The notes: generated from the letters alone by a model not told the origin. A stretch of 62,889 nt of DNA from Candidatus Hodarchaeota archaeon (GCA_048886685.1 JBHLKM010000021.1:1-62889); one strand, 5' to 3'; counted from the first letter of the stretch, positions 40,054 through 50,106 are shown. Numbers and translations: made by a program.

Positions 40054-41169
40054 CTATGTATTCGTGGTTTGAACCTTTTCAAGTTGCGTTTTTCGAATTT
40101 TGCTCTTGTAATCATTAGTATATAATTTTTGATGCCGGATAGGCATCGACTCAAACACTTCTTTTGCTTTCTCCGGAGGATACACTTCAAGAGAGCCGTC
40201 TTCTCTTTGAATAACGCATCCTGAATTGACTAGAGTCTTATATCTTAGGGCAGTTTCCTTTGCATTTCCAGCACAAATGTAATTGCAGTTTCCGCAGGTC
40301 AACTGCGTGTTGTATTTTCCATTAAAAGAAGCAGCTTGATATCCCATCGAACTATCTTTGTAAGGTTGTCGTTTCCTCTGACTTGTCATGGCAATCTGAC
40401 ACAGACGACCAAGTTCTATTTGGTTTTTGGGGTATTCATATCGTCCTGGTGACCAAGTAGAGAATTTACCTGATTTATGCAATCCATTAGCTCCTCCACA
40501 AGTAACAGCGCATCGCATGATAGGTCTCCTTTTAGAGTAAGTAAATGTTTCACCCCCGATTGTCACGGATGTTTCCTCATCTTCGCTGAACATTCCAAAA
40601 GCACACACTTTAGTGCATATTTTACAATTATCGCAAAAACCTTCTGATTCGGGTATCCTGTCCGTTGGTTTAAGTTTTGCATCCGTAATTAAACCTCCAA
40701 GAATAATGGCTGTTCCATATTCTTTCGTGCCGACATTTCCGGACCATCCAAATGATGCAATTCCAGATCGAACAGCCAGATACCTCAGTGAAAGTTCGGG
40801 TGGTAAAGACACTTGCCATCCTGGAACGTCAGTTCGATAATGGTTATTGGGAATCACAGATATAGCTTTGTAGCCTTGTTCAATCAACCAATGCTTAACG
40901 CGTTGAGATGCTTTCCAAATTATTCGATGAATCTCAAAATTTTCTTGTTCATGAATTCCACGAATACTTGGTTCTTCTTTTCCTAAATATTTCATGATCA
41001 TATCTTTATCAAAAGGTATGAAAAATCCTACTGCAGATTGCGCCTCGGGAAGTAGATAGGTAATGTCAGTTCCTGGTATATCTGACTTCATGGTATCAAG
41101 TGTTGCAAAACCAACTTTTTTTGCTCCACCATCAAGCAACATCTCTTCTATATCTTTTTCTAACGTAAT
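40054..41169 (-). CDS. Reductive dehalogenase/QueG-like cobalamin Fe-S protein (probable ATT start)
   Basis: GAKKVGFA, AVRSGIASFGWSG, CDNCKICTKVC, CGNCNYIC; GGTGA RBS 6 nt before ATT at 41169. Confidence 0.8.
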   Translation of the reverse strand: MTLEKDIEEMLLDGGAKKVGFATLDTMKSDIPGTDITYLLPEAQSAVGFFIPFDKDMIMKYLGKEEPSIRGIHEQENFEIHRIIWKASQRVKHWLIEQGYKAISVIPNNHYRTDVPGWQVSLPPELSLRYLAVRSGIASFGWSGNVGTKEYGTAIILGGLITDAKLKPTDRIPESEGFCDNCKICTKVCAFGMFSEDEETSVTIGGETFTYSKRRPIMRCAVTCGGANGLHKSGKFSTWSPGRYEYPKNQIELGRLCQIAMTSQRKRQPYKDSSMGYQAASFNGKYNTQLTCGNCNYICAGNAKETALRYKTLVNSGCVIQREDGSLEVYPPEKAKEVFESMPIRHQKLYTNDYKSKIRKTQLEKVQTTNT

Positions 41170-41265
41170 AATTCTTCACCAATTTTGAAAATATACTAAA
41201 GCTTTGTATTATTATTAGATTAAATTATTGCTTAATATAAAAAAGATTATACTCATTAAACGACA

Positions 41266-43050
41266 TTGAAGTCAGAAAAAGTAGGAAATAAAGCTTATAG
41301 AAAGTGGCTTCTGAAACACCTCTATAGGCAAAAATACTTAGTAATACTTGTTATTATTGGAATTTTTATTGTAAGTCTAGCACTCACTTTAGTAGCCATT
41401 ATAATCGGAAGTATCATTGACAATGCGCTAATAACTCGAGATTTGGGGAATTTATTGATATTACTTGTTATTGGGCTTTCTGTATCACTGTTATACGCCG
41501 TTTCTGACTATGGAGTTATGATGCTTGGACATTATCTTGGTTTAAAAATCGAACAAAATATGAGACAGGAATTTTTTGATACAATTCAATTAAAGACTCT
41601 AAGTTTTCATGATAACGTTCGAACTGGTGATTTACTTGCTTTCGCAACGAATGATGTCCGTGTAATTAATACGATGATTGCCCACGGAAGTTTTTTCATA
41701 TATCCATTCATCCAAATATTCATAACTTTATATTTATTAATTGAAGTTTTGGACTATCGCTTAGCTTTATTTAGTTTACCTTTCATAGTTTTATATTTTT
41801 ATTTTATTTTAAATTATCGAAAAAGACTTTCTCCTTATGTTACTAATCGAATGAAAAAGTATTCAAATTTAGCCATAGTGTTGCAAGACTCTATAAGTGG
41901 TGCAAATGTTGTCAGAGCTTTTAATGCTGAAAGGTTAGAAAGAACAAAATTCGGTCGATCTGTAATTGATTACAAGAATAATATGATTGGGCAAAATATC
42001 GTACAAGCTAGGTATTATGCTCTACTTATCATTTATCTTTTGATAGGAAGCACGTTATTTGTAAGTTGTATTTTTGTTCTTCAAGACACATTGTCTGAGG
42101 GAAAACTAGCCGCTATTATTATCCTTCTTCTAGCACTAATTGAGCCTACAAGAATGATTCATTGGTCTACCAATGATATGATGAATGGATTTGCTGCCGC
42201 TTCGCGATTGTACACTTCACTTTCTAAAGGAGAAAGCGAGTCTGATATAGATACAACTTTAGAATGGCCAGAGAATTTTAAAGGGAAAATTGAATTCAAG
42301 AATGTTACATTTACTCATGAGAATGAAATTGAAAATCCTCGACCGACCTTAAGTAATATAACCTTTAGTATTGAACCATTTCAAAGGGTTGCTCTGGTTG
42401 GTCCAACTGGATGCGGGAAATCAACTTTAGCAAAGTTAATTTTATCTCTTTATGAACCACAAGAAGGTTCTATTTTTTTAGATGAGGTAGATATAAAAAA
42501 TTATCCTCTCAAATCCTTAAGAAAGCATATAGGTTATATTGAACAAGAAGTCTATCTTTATCCAAGAACTATAAAAGAAAACATCAAATTCGGTAAACCT
42601 GATGCCACGGAAGAAGAAATGTTTAAAGCCGCAGAGTTAGCTCAGGTAGATGAATTTGTTAAAGAACGCCCTAAGGGATATGAATCTATTGTTGGTGAAA
42701 GAGGAATAAGGCTCTCTGGAGGAGAAAAACAACGTATTGCAATAGCTCGAGCATTCTTGACAGACCCTAAAATTCTTATTTTTGATGATTCTGTTTCCGC
42801 AGTTGATAGTGAAACAGAAGAGAAAATAGGGCGTGCTATGGAAAATATTCTAAGAAACAGGACCACGATAATCATTACTCACCGTCTACACACAATAAGA
42901 ACTTCAGATAAGATAATTCTACTCAAGCACGGAAAAATTGTGGCAGAAGGTAAGCATAATGAATTGTTACAGAGTTCAGAGGACTATAGACGAATCTTTG
43001 GTAAGAATATCACTCAATCAAATATGATAGTTAAAAAAGGAGGGAGATGA
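41266..43050 (+). CDS. ABC exporter, fused permease/ATPase (heterodimer subunit 1)
   Basis: TM domain plus GPTGCGKS, LSGGEKQR, degenerate Walker B DDSVSAVD. Confidence 0.93.
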   Translation: MKSEKVGNKAYRKWLLKHLYRQKYLVILVIIGIFIVSLALTLVAIIIGSIIDNALITRDLGNLLILLVIGLSVSLLYAVSDYGVMMLGHYLGLKIEQNMRQEFFDTIQLKTLSFHDNVRTGDLLAFATNDVRVINTMIAHGSFFIYPFIQIFITLYLLIEVLDYRLALFSLPFIVLYFYFILNYRKRLSPYVTNRMKKYSNLAIVLQDSISGANVVRAFNAERLERTKFGRSVIDYKNNMIGQNIVQARYYALLIIYLLIGSTLFVSCIFVLQDTLSEGKLAAIIILLLALIEPTRMIHWSTNDMMNGFAAASRLYTSLSKGESESDIDTTLEWPENFKGKIEFKNVTFTHENEIENPRPTLSNITFSIEPFQRVALVGPTGCGKSTLAKLILSLYEPQEGSIFLDEVDIKNYPLKSLRKHIGYIEQEVYLYPRTIKENIKFGKPDATEEEMFKAAELAQVDEFVKERPKGYESIVGERGIRLSGGEKQRIAIARAFLTDPKILIFDDSVSAVDSETEEKIGRAMENILRNRTTIIITHRLHTIRTSDKIILLKHGKIVAEGKHNELLQSSEDYRRIFGKNITQSNMIVKKGGR

Positions 43051-43056
43051 GTAAAA

Positions 43057-44886
43057 ATGGGCCTCTATGCGGGATTGATGAAAGAAGATCAAAAGCGAAA
43101 TTATTCTGATAGGGAGTTATTTTCTCGATATATCAAAAGAATTACTCCTTTTAAAAATAGTGTTATTCGTATAGCACTTTTCATTGTAATTTCAGCAGGA
43201 GCAGATATTCTTAATCCGCTCTTACTTTCATATATTTTAGACGAGTTTATTAAGATAGAATCAAATTATTTTCTAATTTTTGGTGCTTCAATCCTTTATA
43301 TTATATTATATGGAGTAATATGGTTGATGTTTTACTTGCAATATAAAGAGATAGCTAGGTTTGTTCCCTTTTTTGCGGAAAGACTCCGAATGGACATTTT
43401 TGATAAGTTGCAAGAACAGGATATGAGTTTTTTTGATACTCATCAAACAGGTGGATTAAATACAAGAGTTACAAACGATGTCGTTGATTTTGGAGATATA
43501 ACATTTTTAATAGTAGAAACAATTGGAAATCTTTTTCTAAGTGGTTTGACTCTCGGTATCCTTATCTGGTTAAACACTTTTTTGGCTGTTATTGCCCTCT
43601 CAACAGTTCCCCTCATCTTGTTGATGATGTTTTCTCTAAGGAAACTAGCTAGAACTGTAAGTAGAAAATATAGGAGGGCTCTAGATAATGTTAATATATC
43701 AATGGTCGAATTAGTTGAAGGTATCCATGTTTGTAAAAGTTATGGACAAGAATCAATGGTTTCTGAGCAATTTGATGTAACTAACAAAAATTATTTTAAA
43801 TCGGGATTTAGATTAACAGCTGTGACACATCTTTGGAGAAGGCTCCTTGGATTTGTCTCCACTCTTACATTTATTATCATTATGTATATAGGAAGTCAGT
43901 TTGTTTTTAGAGAATTGTTAAGTCTTGGAAGGCTTTTTATATTTTATCTTTATCTTCCAACATTTTTCCGTCCTATTATGGTGCTCGCTACCTTTTTCCC
44001 TCAATTCAGTACAGGTATGGCTGCATATGAACGTATTCTTGAAATTCTTGATGCAAAGCCAAATGTAAACCAAAATCCTGATGCTATCAATGTGGGAGAA
44101 ATAAAAGGAGAAATTGAATTTGAAAATGTTGATTTTAGTTATAACAGTAATGAATGGGTTTTCAAAGGTTTGAATCTCAAAATAGAAAAAGGAGAGAAAC
44201 TTGCTATAGTTGGACATACCGGTTCAGGTAAAACATCATTGGTTTCTCTACTTGCTCGATATTATGAATTTCAAGGAGGTTCAATTAAGATTGATGGAAT
44301 AGATATTAGAGATATAACTTTAGAATCATATAGAAAGAATCTAGGCATGGTTCCCCAGGAGGTTTTTCTGTTTTCAGGGACAATAGAGGAAAACATTCGA
44401 TATGGAAGGCAAGATGCTTCTGAAGAGGATTTGTGGAAAGCTGCTACTGCGGTCCACGCTGAAGAATTAATTGAATATTTACCAGAAGGATTTCAGACAC
44501 AAGTAGGTGAGAGAGGAAAGGGAGTTTCAGCAGGTCAAAGACAACTAATTAGTTTTGCTCGAGCACTCTTAACAGATCCCAAAATTCTGATTCTTGATGA
44601 GGCGACTTCAAGTGTAGATGCATACACAGAAGCTGTAATTCAAGAGGCTCTTGACGTTTTATTATCCAATCGTACCTCTATCATAATCGCCCATAGGTTA
44701 TCTACTGTTATTAATGCTGATAGAACATTAGTGATGGATCACGGACAAATAATTGAAGAAGGGGATCACTTTTCCTTGCTTGCTAAAGGTGGAAAATATG
44801 CTCAATTATATAAGCAATATTTTGAACATCAAAGTCTGGATTGGCATCCTACTTATTCAACTTCAGAAGTTCAGGGTTCTAAATAA
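43057..44886 (+). CDS. ABC exporter, fused permease/ATPase (heterodimer subunit 2)
   Basis: GHTGSGKT, degenerate signature VSAGQRQ, DEATSSVD; TM287/288-like asymmetric pair. Confidence 0.93.
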   Translation: MGLYAGLMKEDQKRNYSDRELFSRYIKRITPFKNSVIRIALFIVISAGADILNPLLLSYILDEFIKIESNYFLIFGASILYIILYGVIWLMFYLQYKEIARFVPFFAERLRMDIFDKLQEQDMSFFDTHQTGGLNTRVTNDVVDFGDITFLIVETIGNLFLSGLTLGILIWLNTFLAVIALSTVPLILLMMFSLRKLARTVSRKYRRALDNVNISMVELVEGIHVCKSYGQESMVSEQFDVTNKNYFKSGFRLTAVTHLWRRLLGFVSTLTFIIIMYIGSQFVFRELLSLGRLFIFYLYLPTFFRPIMVLATFFPQFSTGMAAYERILEILDAKPNVNQNPDAINVGEIKGEIEFENVDFSYNSNEWVFKGLNLKIEKGEKLAIVGHTGSGKTSLVSLLARYYEFQGGSIKIDGIDIRDITLESYRKNLGMVPQEVFLFSGTIEENIRYGRQDASEEDLWKAATAVHAEELIEYLPEGFQTQVGERGKGVSAGQRQLISFARALLTDPKILILDEATSSVDAYTEAVIQEALDVLLSNRTSIIIAHRLSTVINADRTLVMDHGQIIEEGDHFSLLAKGGKYAQLYKQYFEHQSLDWHPTYSTSEVQGSK

Positions 44887-44995
44887 TTATACTTATCTTA
44901 TATTATAAAAACAAATTTATTGAAAAACATATTATTACTAGCTTAGTTGTAGAAATATAGAAAAATAAGTCTTGTTATATCGACCTCGGGAAAAA

Positions 44996-47356
44996 ATGAA
45001 TGAACGAATAAAAAAACTACATACTCAAAGTCGTGAAGCAATCCCTTATCTTTCTTTAGAACGAGCCTTATTAATAACGGAGTTCTTTAAAACTAGTGCT
45101 GCACATAAATATTCTCCTCCTGTTGCGAGAGCAGAAGCATTTAAATATATCCTTGAGAACAAAATAATCTGTATTAATGAAGGTGAGTTAATTGTCGGAG
45201 AACGTGGTCCAGAACCAAAAGCAACATCAACTTACCCAGAGGTCTGCTGCCACAGTCTACAAGACTTAGATATATTAAACACTCGAGAGAAAATATCATT
45301 TAAAGTATCAGAGGAGACAAGAAAAAAATCTAAAGAAATTATTATACCATATTGGAAAGGTAAGTCAATTAGACATAAAATCTTTTCTCAAATGGATCAA
45401 AATTGGCTAAATGCTTATAATGCGGGTATTTTTACTGAATTTATGGAACAGAGGGCACCTGGACATACAGCAGGAGGAGGAAATATATGGAGAAAGGGAT
45501 TTTTAGATTTTAAACAAGAAATAAAAGAAAGTGTTGAACATTTAGATTTCTATAATGACCCCGAAGCATTTAACAAACGAGAGCAGCTCAAAGCAATGAA
45601 TATCGCCGCAGATGGAATAATATCATTTGCTGAACGACATTCCCAAGAGGCTCTTCGATTAGCAGAAATTGAGTTTGATCCCATAAGAAAAGCAGAACTA
45701 AAAAAAATAGCAGAAATATGTTCTAATGTTCCCGCAAAAGCACCAACAACTTTTTGGGAAGCACTACAACACTACTGGTTCATTCACTTAGGTGTTATAA
45801 CTGAATTCAATACTTGGGATGCCTTTAATCCAGGTCGTTTAGATCAACATCTTTTTACTTTTTATCACAATGATCTATCTGAAGGTGTATTATCTAAAGA
45901 AGAAGCAATAGAGCTCCTACAAGGTTTTTGGGTAAAATTTAACAATCAACCTGCACCTCCAAAAGTAGGTGTTACAGCTGAAGAAAGTAATACTTATACT
46001 GATTTTTGCAATATTAACCTTGGTGGTTTAAAAGAAGATGGTTCTGATGGTGTAAATGAACTTTCCTACATCCTTTTGGATGTAATTGAAGAAATGCGGA
46101 TATTACAACCAAGTAGCAATGTCCAGATCAGTAGAAAAACTCCTGATGAATTTTTAAAACGCGCGATTAATATCATTAAGACTGGTTTTGGTCAACCCTC
46201 AGTTTTTAATACTGATGCGATTGTTCAAGAATTAATACGTCAAAATAAATCAAAAATTGATGCTTATAATAGTGGTGCAAGTGGTTGCGTTGAATCAGGT
46301 GCTTTTGGAAAAGAAGCTTACATTCTTACAGGATATTTTAATTTAGTAAAGATTCTTGAAATAACACTTCATAATGGGTTTGATCCATTAACCAGAATAA
46401 CTATTGGGTTAAAAACAGGAGATCCCACTAATTTTGAAACTTTTGATGATTTATTTGAAGCTTATAAAGAGCAAGTTACCCATTTTGTGAATATTAAAAT
46501 AAAAGGAAATCAAATAATAGAGCGAATTTGGGCTCAAAATCCAGCACCATTCTTATCGCTTCTAATAGAAGATTGTATTCAAAAAGGGAAAGATTATAAT
46601 GATGGAGGTGCAAAATATAATACATCTTATATTCAAATTGTAGGAATGGGAAGTATTACAGATTGTTTAGCATCTCTAAAGTATAATGTATTTGATAAAA
46701 AAATAGTACCTATGAAAGAATTATTAGGAATTTTAGATAATAATTTTCAAGAGCATGAGATACTACGACAGAAATTTATATACAAAACACCTAAATATGG
46801 AAATGATGATGATTATGCAGATTCCATAACACAAAAAGTATTTCAAATTGTATTCGATGCTATAGATAATCGTCCAAATACTCGAGGTGGTGTACATCGT
46901 ATCAATCTGCTTCCTACGACTGTTCATGTGTATTTTGGGAAAGTCACTGGTGCTATGCCAGATGGACGTAAGGCATTCATCCCATTATCAGAGGGAATTT
47001 CACCTGTTCAGGGAATGGATATCAATGGACCGACCTCAGTTATTAAATCTGCCAGTAAAATAGATCATCTACGAACTGGGGGGACATTACTTAATCAAAA
47101 ATTCACTCCTCAATTATTAGCAAATGAGTCAGGAATTACCAAATTAGCTCATTTAATAAGATCTTATTTTAAAATGGATGGACATCATATACAATTCAAC
47201 GTAGTTTCAGCAAACACACTAAAAGCTGCTCAAGAAAATCCAGAGGAGTATAGAAACCTGATTGTACGAGTAGCAGGATATAGTGACTATTTTAATAACT
47301 TAGGATCTGATTTGCAGGATGAGATTATTAGTAGAACTGAACATTCATTAATTTAA
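44996..47356 (+). CDS. hypD: Glycyl radical enzyme, trans-4-hydroxy-L-proline dehydratase
   Basis: FTEFMEQRAPGHT, WDAF.PGRLD, NNQPAPPKVG..ES.TYTDF, SGCVE, LPTT, RVAGY; ATG at 44996. Confidence 0.85.
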   Translation: MNERIKKLHTQSREAIPYLSLERALLITEFFKTSAAHKYSPPVARAEAFKYILENKIICINEGELIVGERGPEPKATSTYPEVCCHSLQDLDILNTREKISFKVSEETRKKSKEIIIPYWKGKSIRHKIFSQMDQNWLNAYNAGIFTEFMEQRAPGHTAGGGNIWRKGFLDFKQEIKESVEHLDFYNDPEAFNKREQLKAMNIAADGIISFAERHSQEALRLAEIEFDPIRKAELKKIAEICSNVPAKAPTTFWEALQHYWFIHLGVITEFNTWDAFNPGRLDQHLFTFYHNDLSEGVLSKEEAIELLQGFWVKFNNQPAPPKVGVTAEESNTYTDFCNINLGGLKEDGSDGVNELSYILLDVIEEMRILQPSSNVQISRKTPDEFLKRAINIIKTGFGQPSVFNTDAIVQELIRQNKSKIDAYNSGASGCVESGAFGKEAYILTGYFNLVKILEITLHNGFDPLTRITIGLKTGDPTNFETFDDLFEAYKEQVTHFVNIKIKGNQIIERIWAQNPAPFLSLLIEDCIQKGKDYNDGGAKYNTSYIQIVGMGSITDCLASLKYNVFDKKIVPMKELLGILDNNFQEHEILRQKFIYKTPKYGNDDDYADSITQKVFQIVFDAIDNRPNTRGGVHRINLLPTTVHVYFGKVTGAMPDGRKAFIPLSEGISPVQGMDINGPTSVIKSASKIDHLRTGGTLLNQKFTPQLLANESGITKLAHLIRSYFKMDGHHIQFNVVSANTLKAAQENPEEYRNLIVRVAGYSDYFNNLGSDLQDEIISRTEHSLI

Positions 47357-47454
47357 TTCTAATTTTTAATTTTTTTACTAAAATAAAATTAGAAGGGATT
47401 TTAAAAAAAACCTTTAAAAAGTAGTAGAGTGTGTTTTCCTCAAATTTTTTCAAT

Positions 47455-47510
47455 ATGTACATATTCGGTACATTTAAATATGATTATTTATATGTACATA
47501 ATCAGTACAT
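47455..47510. promoter_or_regulatory. Two ATGTAC-N7-GTACAT operators flanking a TATA box
   Basis: ATGTACATATTCGGTACAT (47455-47473) and ATGTACATAATCAGTACAT (47492-47510), with TTTAAATA between them. Confidence 0.75.
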
Positions 47511-47633
47511 AAAAAAATTAAAGGTTGAAAACAATTACTCAGAGTGTATTAAAAAAGTCAGACCGAGGAGAAATTAAAAACTCTCGATTTGATAGGTTTT
47601 TTAATTTTAGATGCGGAGGAAGGTGTAAAATTA

Positions 47634-48092
47634 GTGAATGAAAAAAAAGATTCAAAATCAGAAGAATCTCCCTCACCTGTTACTCTTAGATCTGCTGTAA
47701 TGAGCGAAATAAAAGAAACTCTTCCATCAGTTAGAAATGGTAGCTATTTGAAAAAACCTGATGAAGAAGAAATAAAAGCAAGAGAAATTGAGAAAGAAAA
47801 GAGAAAAGAAGAATTAAAAGAAGTAGAAAAAGCATTTAGAAAAACTAAACAAGTCAAATTTTTAGTGAGTGTTGCTGAATTAAATAACATTAAATATTAT
47901 GCGCAGATTTTTAATCAAACAAAATCAGAATTTATTCGTAGTGCGATAAGGGATAAAATAAAACTTATGGAAGCTCAATTGAGTGAAAAAGGTTTAAGCG
48001 AGTTTGATGTTAAACAAGAAGATAAGTTAAGTCTAGAAGAGTTAAAAAAGATTCGAAAAGCATTAGAAAAATTAGAAAAGAATGAGAAATAG
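47634..48092 (+). CDS. Ribbon-helix-helix (CopG-like) domain protein with charged helical extensions
   Basis: KTKQVKFLVS.AEL..IK.YA....TKSEFIRSAIRDKI; GGAGG/GGTG RBS then GTG at 47634. Confidence 0.75.
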   Translation: MNEKKDSKSEESPSPVTLRSAVMSEIKETLPSVRNGSYLKKPDEEEIKAREIEKEKRKEELKEVEKAFRKTKQVKFLVSVAELNNIKYYAQIFNQTKSEFIRSAIRDKIKLMEAQLSEKGLSEFDVKQEDKLSLEELKKIRKALEKLEKNEK

Positions 48093-48291
48093 GGAGTAAA
48101 TAATACTTATTCTATTTTTTATTTCAAAAATTTACATCTTAAACAATTGGCGAAAATTTGGGATGATCGATGTAAATTTTTACATTTAACAAATTATAAA
48201 TTATGAAAGTTTTATAATGGAAATGTGAATTTGATACTAAGAATCTTTTATATTATAAAACTTAATTAAAACCAGGGTTCTAAATAAAAAG

Positions 48292-49329
48292 GTGAAACTC
48301 ATCGAAAGCATTCACATCGATAATATCTCTTACCGTAGGTTAATTAAATTATTGAGAGTTAAAACAGGGTTAAACTTTGAATATTATAACAAGCCTTTTA
48401 TCGAAAAACGTATAAAATCAAGAATGATTCGGGTATATTGTGATGATCCTGAAGATTATTTAAAACATATTTCCTCCAAGGAAGAAGAAGTAAAAAAATT
48501 TGTAGATGGTTTCACAATAAATTATACGTTCTTTTTTAGGGATTATGATGTTTTTGAAACTTTCCAAGACATTCTGTTGCACGGATTAGGTGTTTCTAAA
48601 GAAGATGTTGAGAGTAATATTAGGCCAGATCCTTCAAAATTAGCCAATTTTCGCACTAAAGCTAATGCTGTTAAGAATTTGTTAAAAAGTAGACGATTAA
48701 CAGATAGGCCAGAGAAATATTATATTGATATTTTTATCTTTCTTAATCAACTAGCATTTTATAAAAAGTTAAAACTTGTTCCGAGTGAGAAAAATTCTAT
48801 TAACATATGGTCATGTCCATGTGCGACAGGTGAAGAACCATATTCAATTGCCATGATTATGGATAACCTTAAAGCTCAAGTCCCACGTTTTCCAAAATAC
48901 AAAATTGTAGCGTCAGATATAGCACATGAAGCCATAGAAAAAGCGAAAATCGGGATATATACAAATGATGCTATGAAAGAAATTTCAGATTATTATGAGA
49001 ACAAGTATTTCACCAAAAAAAAGACTCATTTTGGGTATAATAATTTAATAAGTGAAAGCATTAAAGGCAAGGTTGAATTTGTAGAAGAAGATGTGACAAG
49101 GGGTCATAATAGACCATATAAATATGACATTATTTTTTGCAGATATCTCTTAATTTATTTTAATCGTGAGAACCGTGCAAAATTTTTAAAAATCATAGAA
49201 AATCGATTAGTAGAAAATGGTATTTTAATATTAGGTAAAACTGAGACGCTTTTCGATTCATGGGGGAGTTTAAAGTTAATTGACGCAAGGAATAGGATCT
49301 ATATTAAATCTCATTCTAATTTATATTAA
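48292..49329 (+). CDS. cheR: CheR-type protein-glutamate O-methyltransferase (orphan)
   Basis: TINYTFFFRD, IWSCPCATGEEPYSIAM, ASDI, DIIFCRYLLIYF. Confidence 0.88.
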   Translation: MKLIESIHIDNISYRRLIKLLRVKTGLNFEYYNKPFIEKRIKSRMIRVYCDDPEDYLKHISSKEEEVKKFVDGFTINYTFFFRDYDVFETFQDILLHGLGVSKEDVESNIRPDPSKLANFRTKANAVKNLLKSRRLTDRPEKYYIDIFIFLNQLAFYKKLKLVPSEKNSINIWSCPCATGEEPYSIAMIMDNLKAQVPRFPKYKIVASDIAHEAIEKAKIGIYTNDAMKEISDYYENKYFTKKKTHFGYNNLISESIKGKVEFVEEDVTRGHNRPYKYDIIFCRYLLIYFNRENRAKFLKIIENRLVENGILILGKTETLFDSWGSLKLIDARNRIYIKSHSNLY

Positions 49330-49346
49330 CATTTTTCTCCCCTGAA

Positions 49347-50105
49347 TTAAAATATAAAAGGAATAAGAGCTTTACGGTTTTTTGGATAATCTGCAAAAGT
49401 ATTAATATACCATGAATGATTAGATCGTGCTCTTGGTGCAAGATTCGCAAATGTCCACACCGCAAATACAAGTCCGGGGAATGCCCATGTCATAAGTGCC
49501 CATCCAGTCCATTCTGTAATTTCTCCTAGATAACTTGGACAACTGACATATCTAAATATTCCACCATAAGGGATTTTATATTCAGTTTCTCCTGGTTTCC
49601 TTAATTTACGGATAATATAATCTGAATGTATATTGATTATGAATCCACATATAAAGATTAGAATACCAAAAATAAACATGGGAGTTAAAATCCAATTTAC
49701 AGCATAAGGTTTAGAAAATGTATAAATCCATCTTGCCTGCAAATAAGTATTAATACCATTAAACGTCATTCCCATTAAAATAATAGTAATAGGCATAGGT
49801 TGCTTACCACGTATTAAAAAGGGAAAAAGAAATGTTCGTTGACAATAATGTATCATCCAAATACTCATAAAAACTAATGGAATTAAATCTGTTCTATGAT
49901 TACCTATAAGATAATATATAATATAGATAATAACTGTTGGTACTTCCATTATAAACCATCCTAACTTGTTGTTAATAGTAGAACCCCATTTCTTATCTAC
50001 ATGTTGACCATAACCAGCTGGAATAAAAAATAATGCTATAAAAACCAAAACTGAAGTTAATCCAAAGCACAGTATTAGAATATTGTAAATTACAAACTCA
50101 TCCAT
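49347..50105 (-). CDS. Steroid 5-alpha-reductase (SRD5A/DET2) family membrane reductase
   Basis: A.YG, WFIMEVP, HY..R, HSD..LRKPGE..Y.IP.GG.F.YVS, GEI.EW.G, NLAPRA..H.WY. Confidence 0.88.
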   Translation of the reverse strand: MDEFVIYNILILCFGLTSVLVFIALFFIPAGYGQHVDKKWGSTINNKLGWFIMEVPTVIIYIIYYLIGNHRTDLIPLVFMSIWMIHYCQRTFLFPFLIRGKQPMPITIILMGMTFNGINTYLQARWIYTFSKPYAVNWILTPMFIFGILIFICGFIINIHSDYIIRKLRKPGETEYKIPYGGIFRYVSCPSYLGEITEWTGWALMTWAFPGLVFAVWTFANLAPRARSNHSWYINTFADYPKNRKALIPFIF

Positions 50106-50106
50106 T

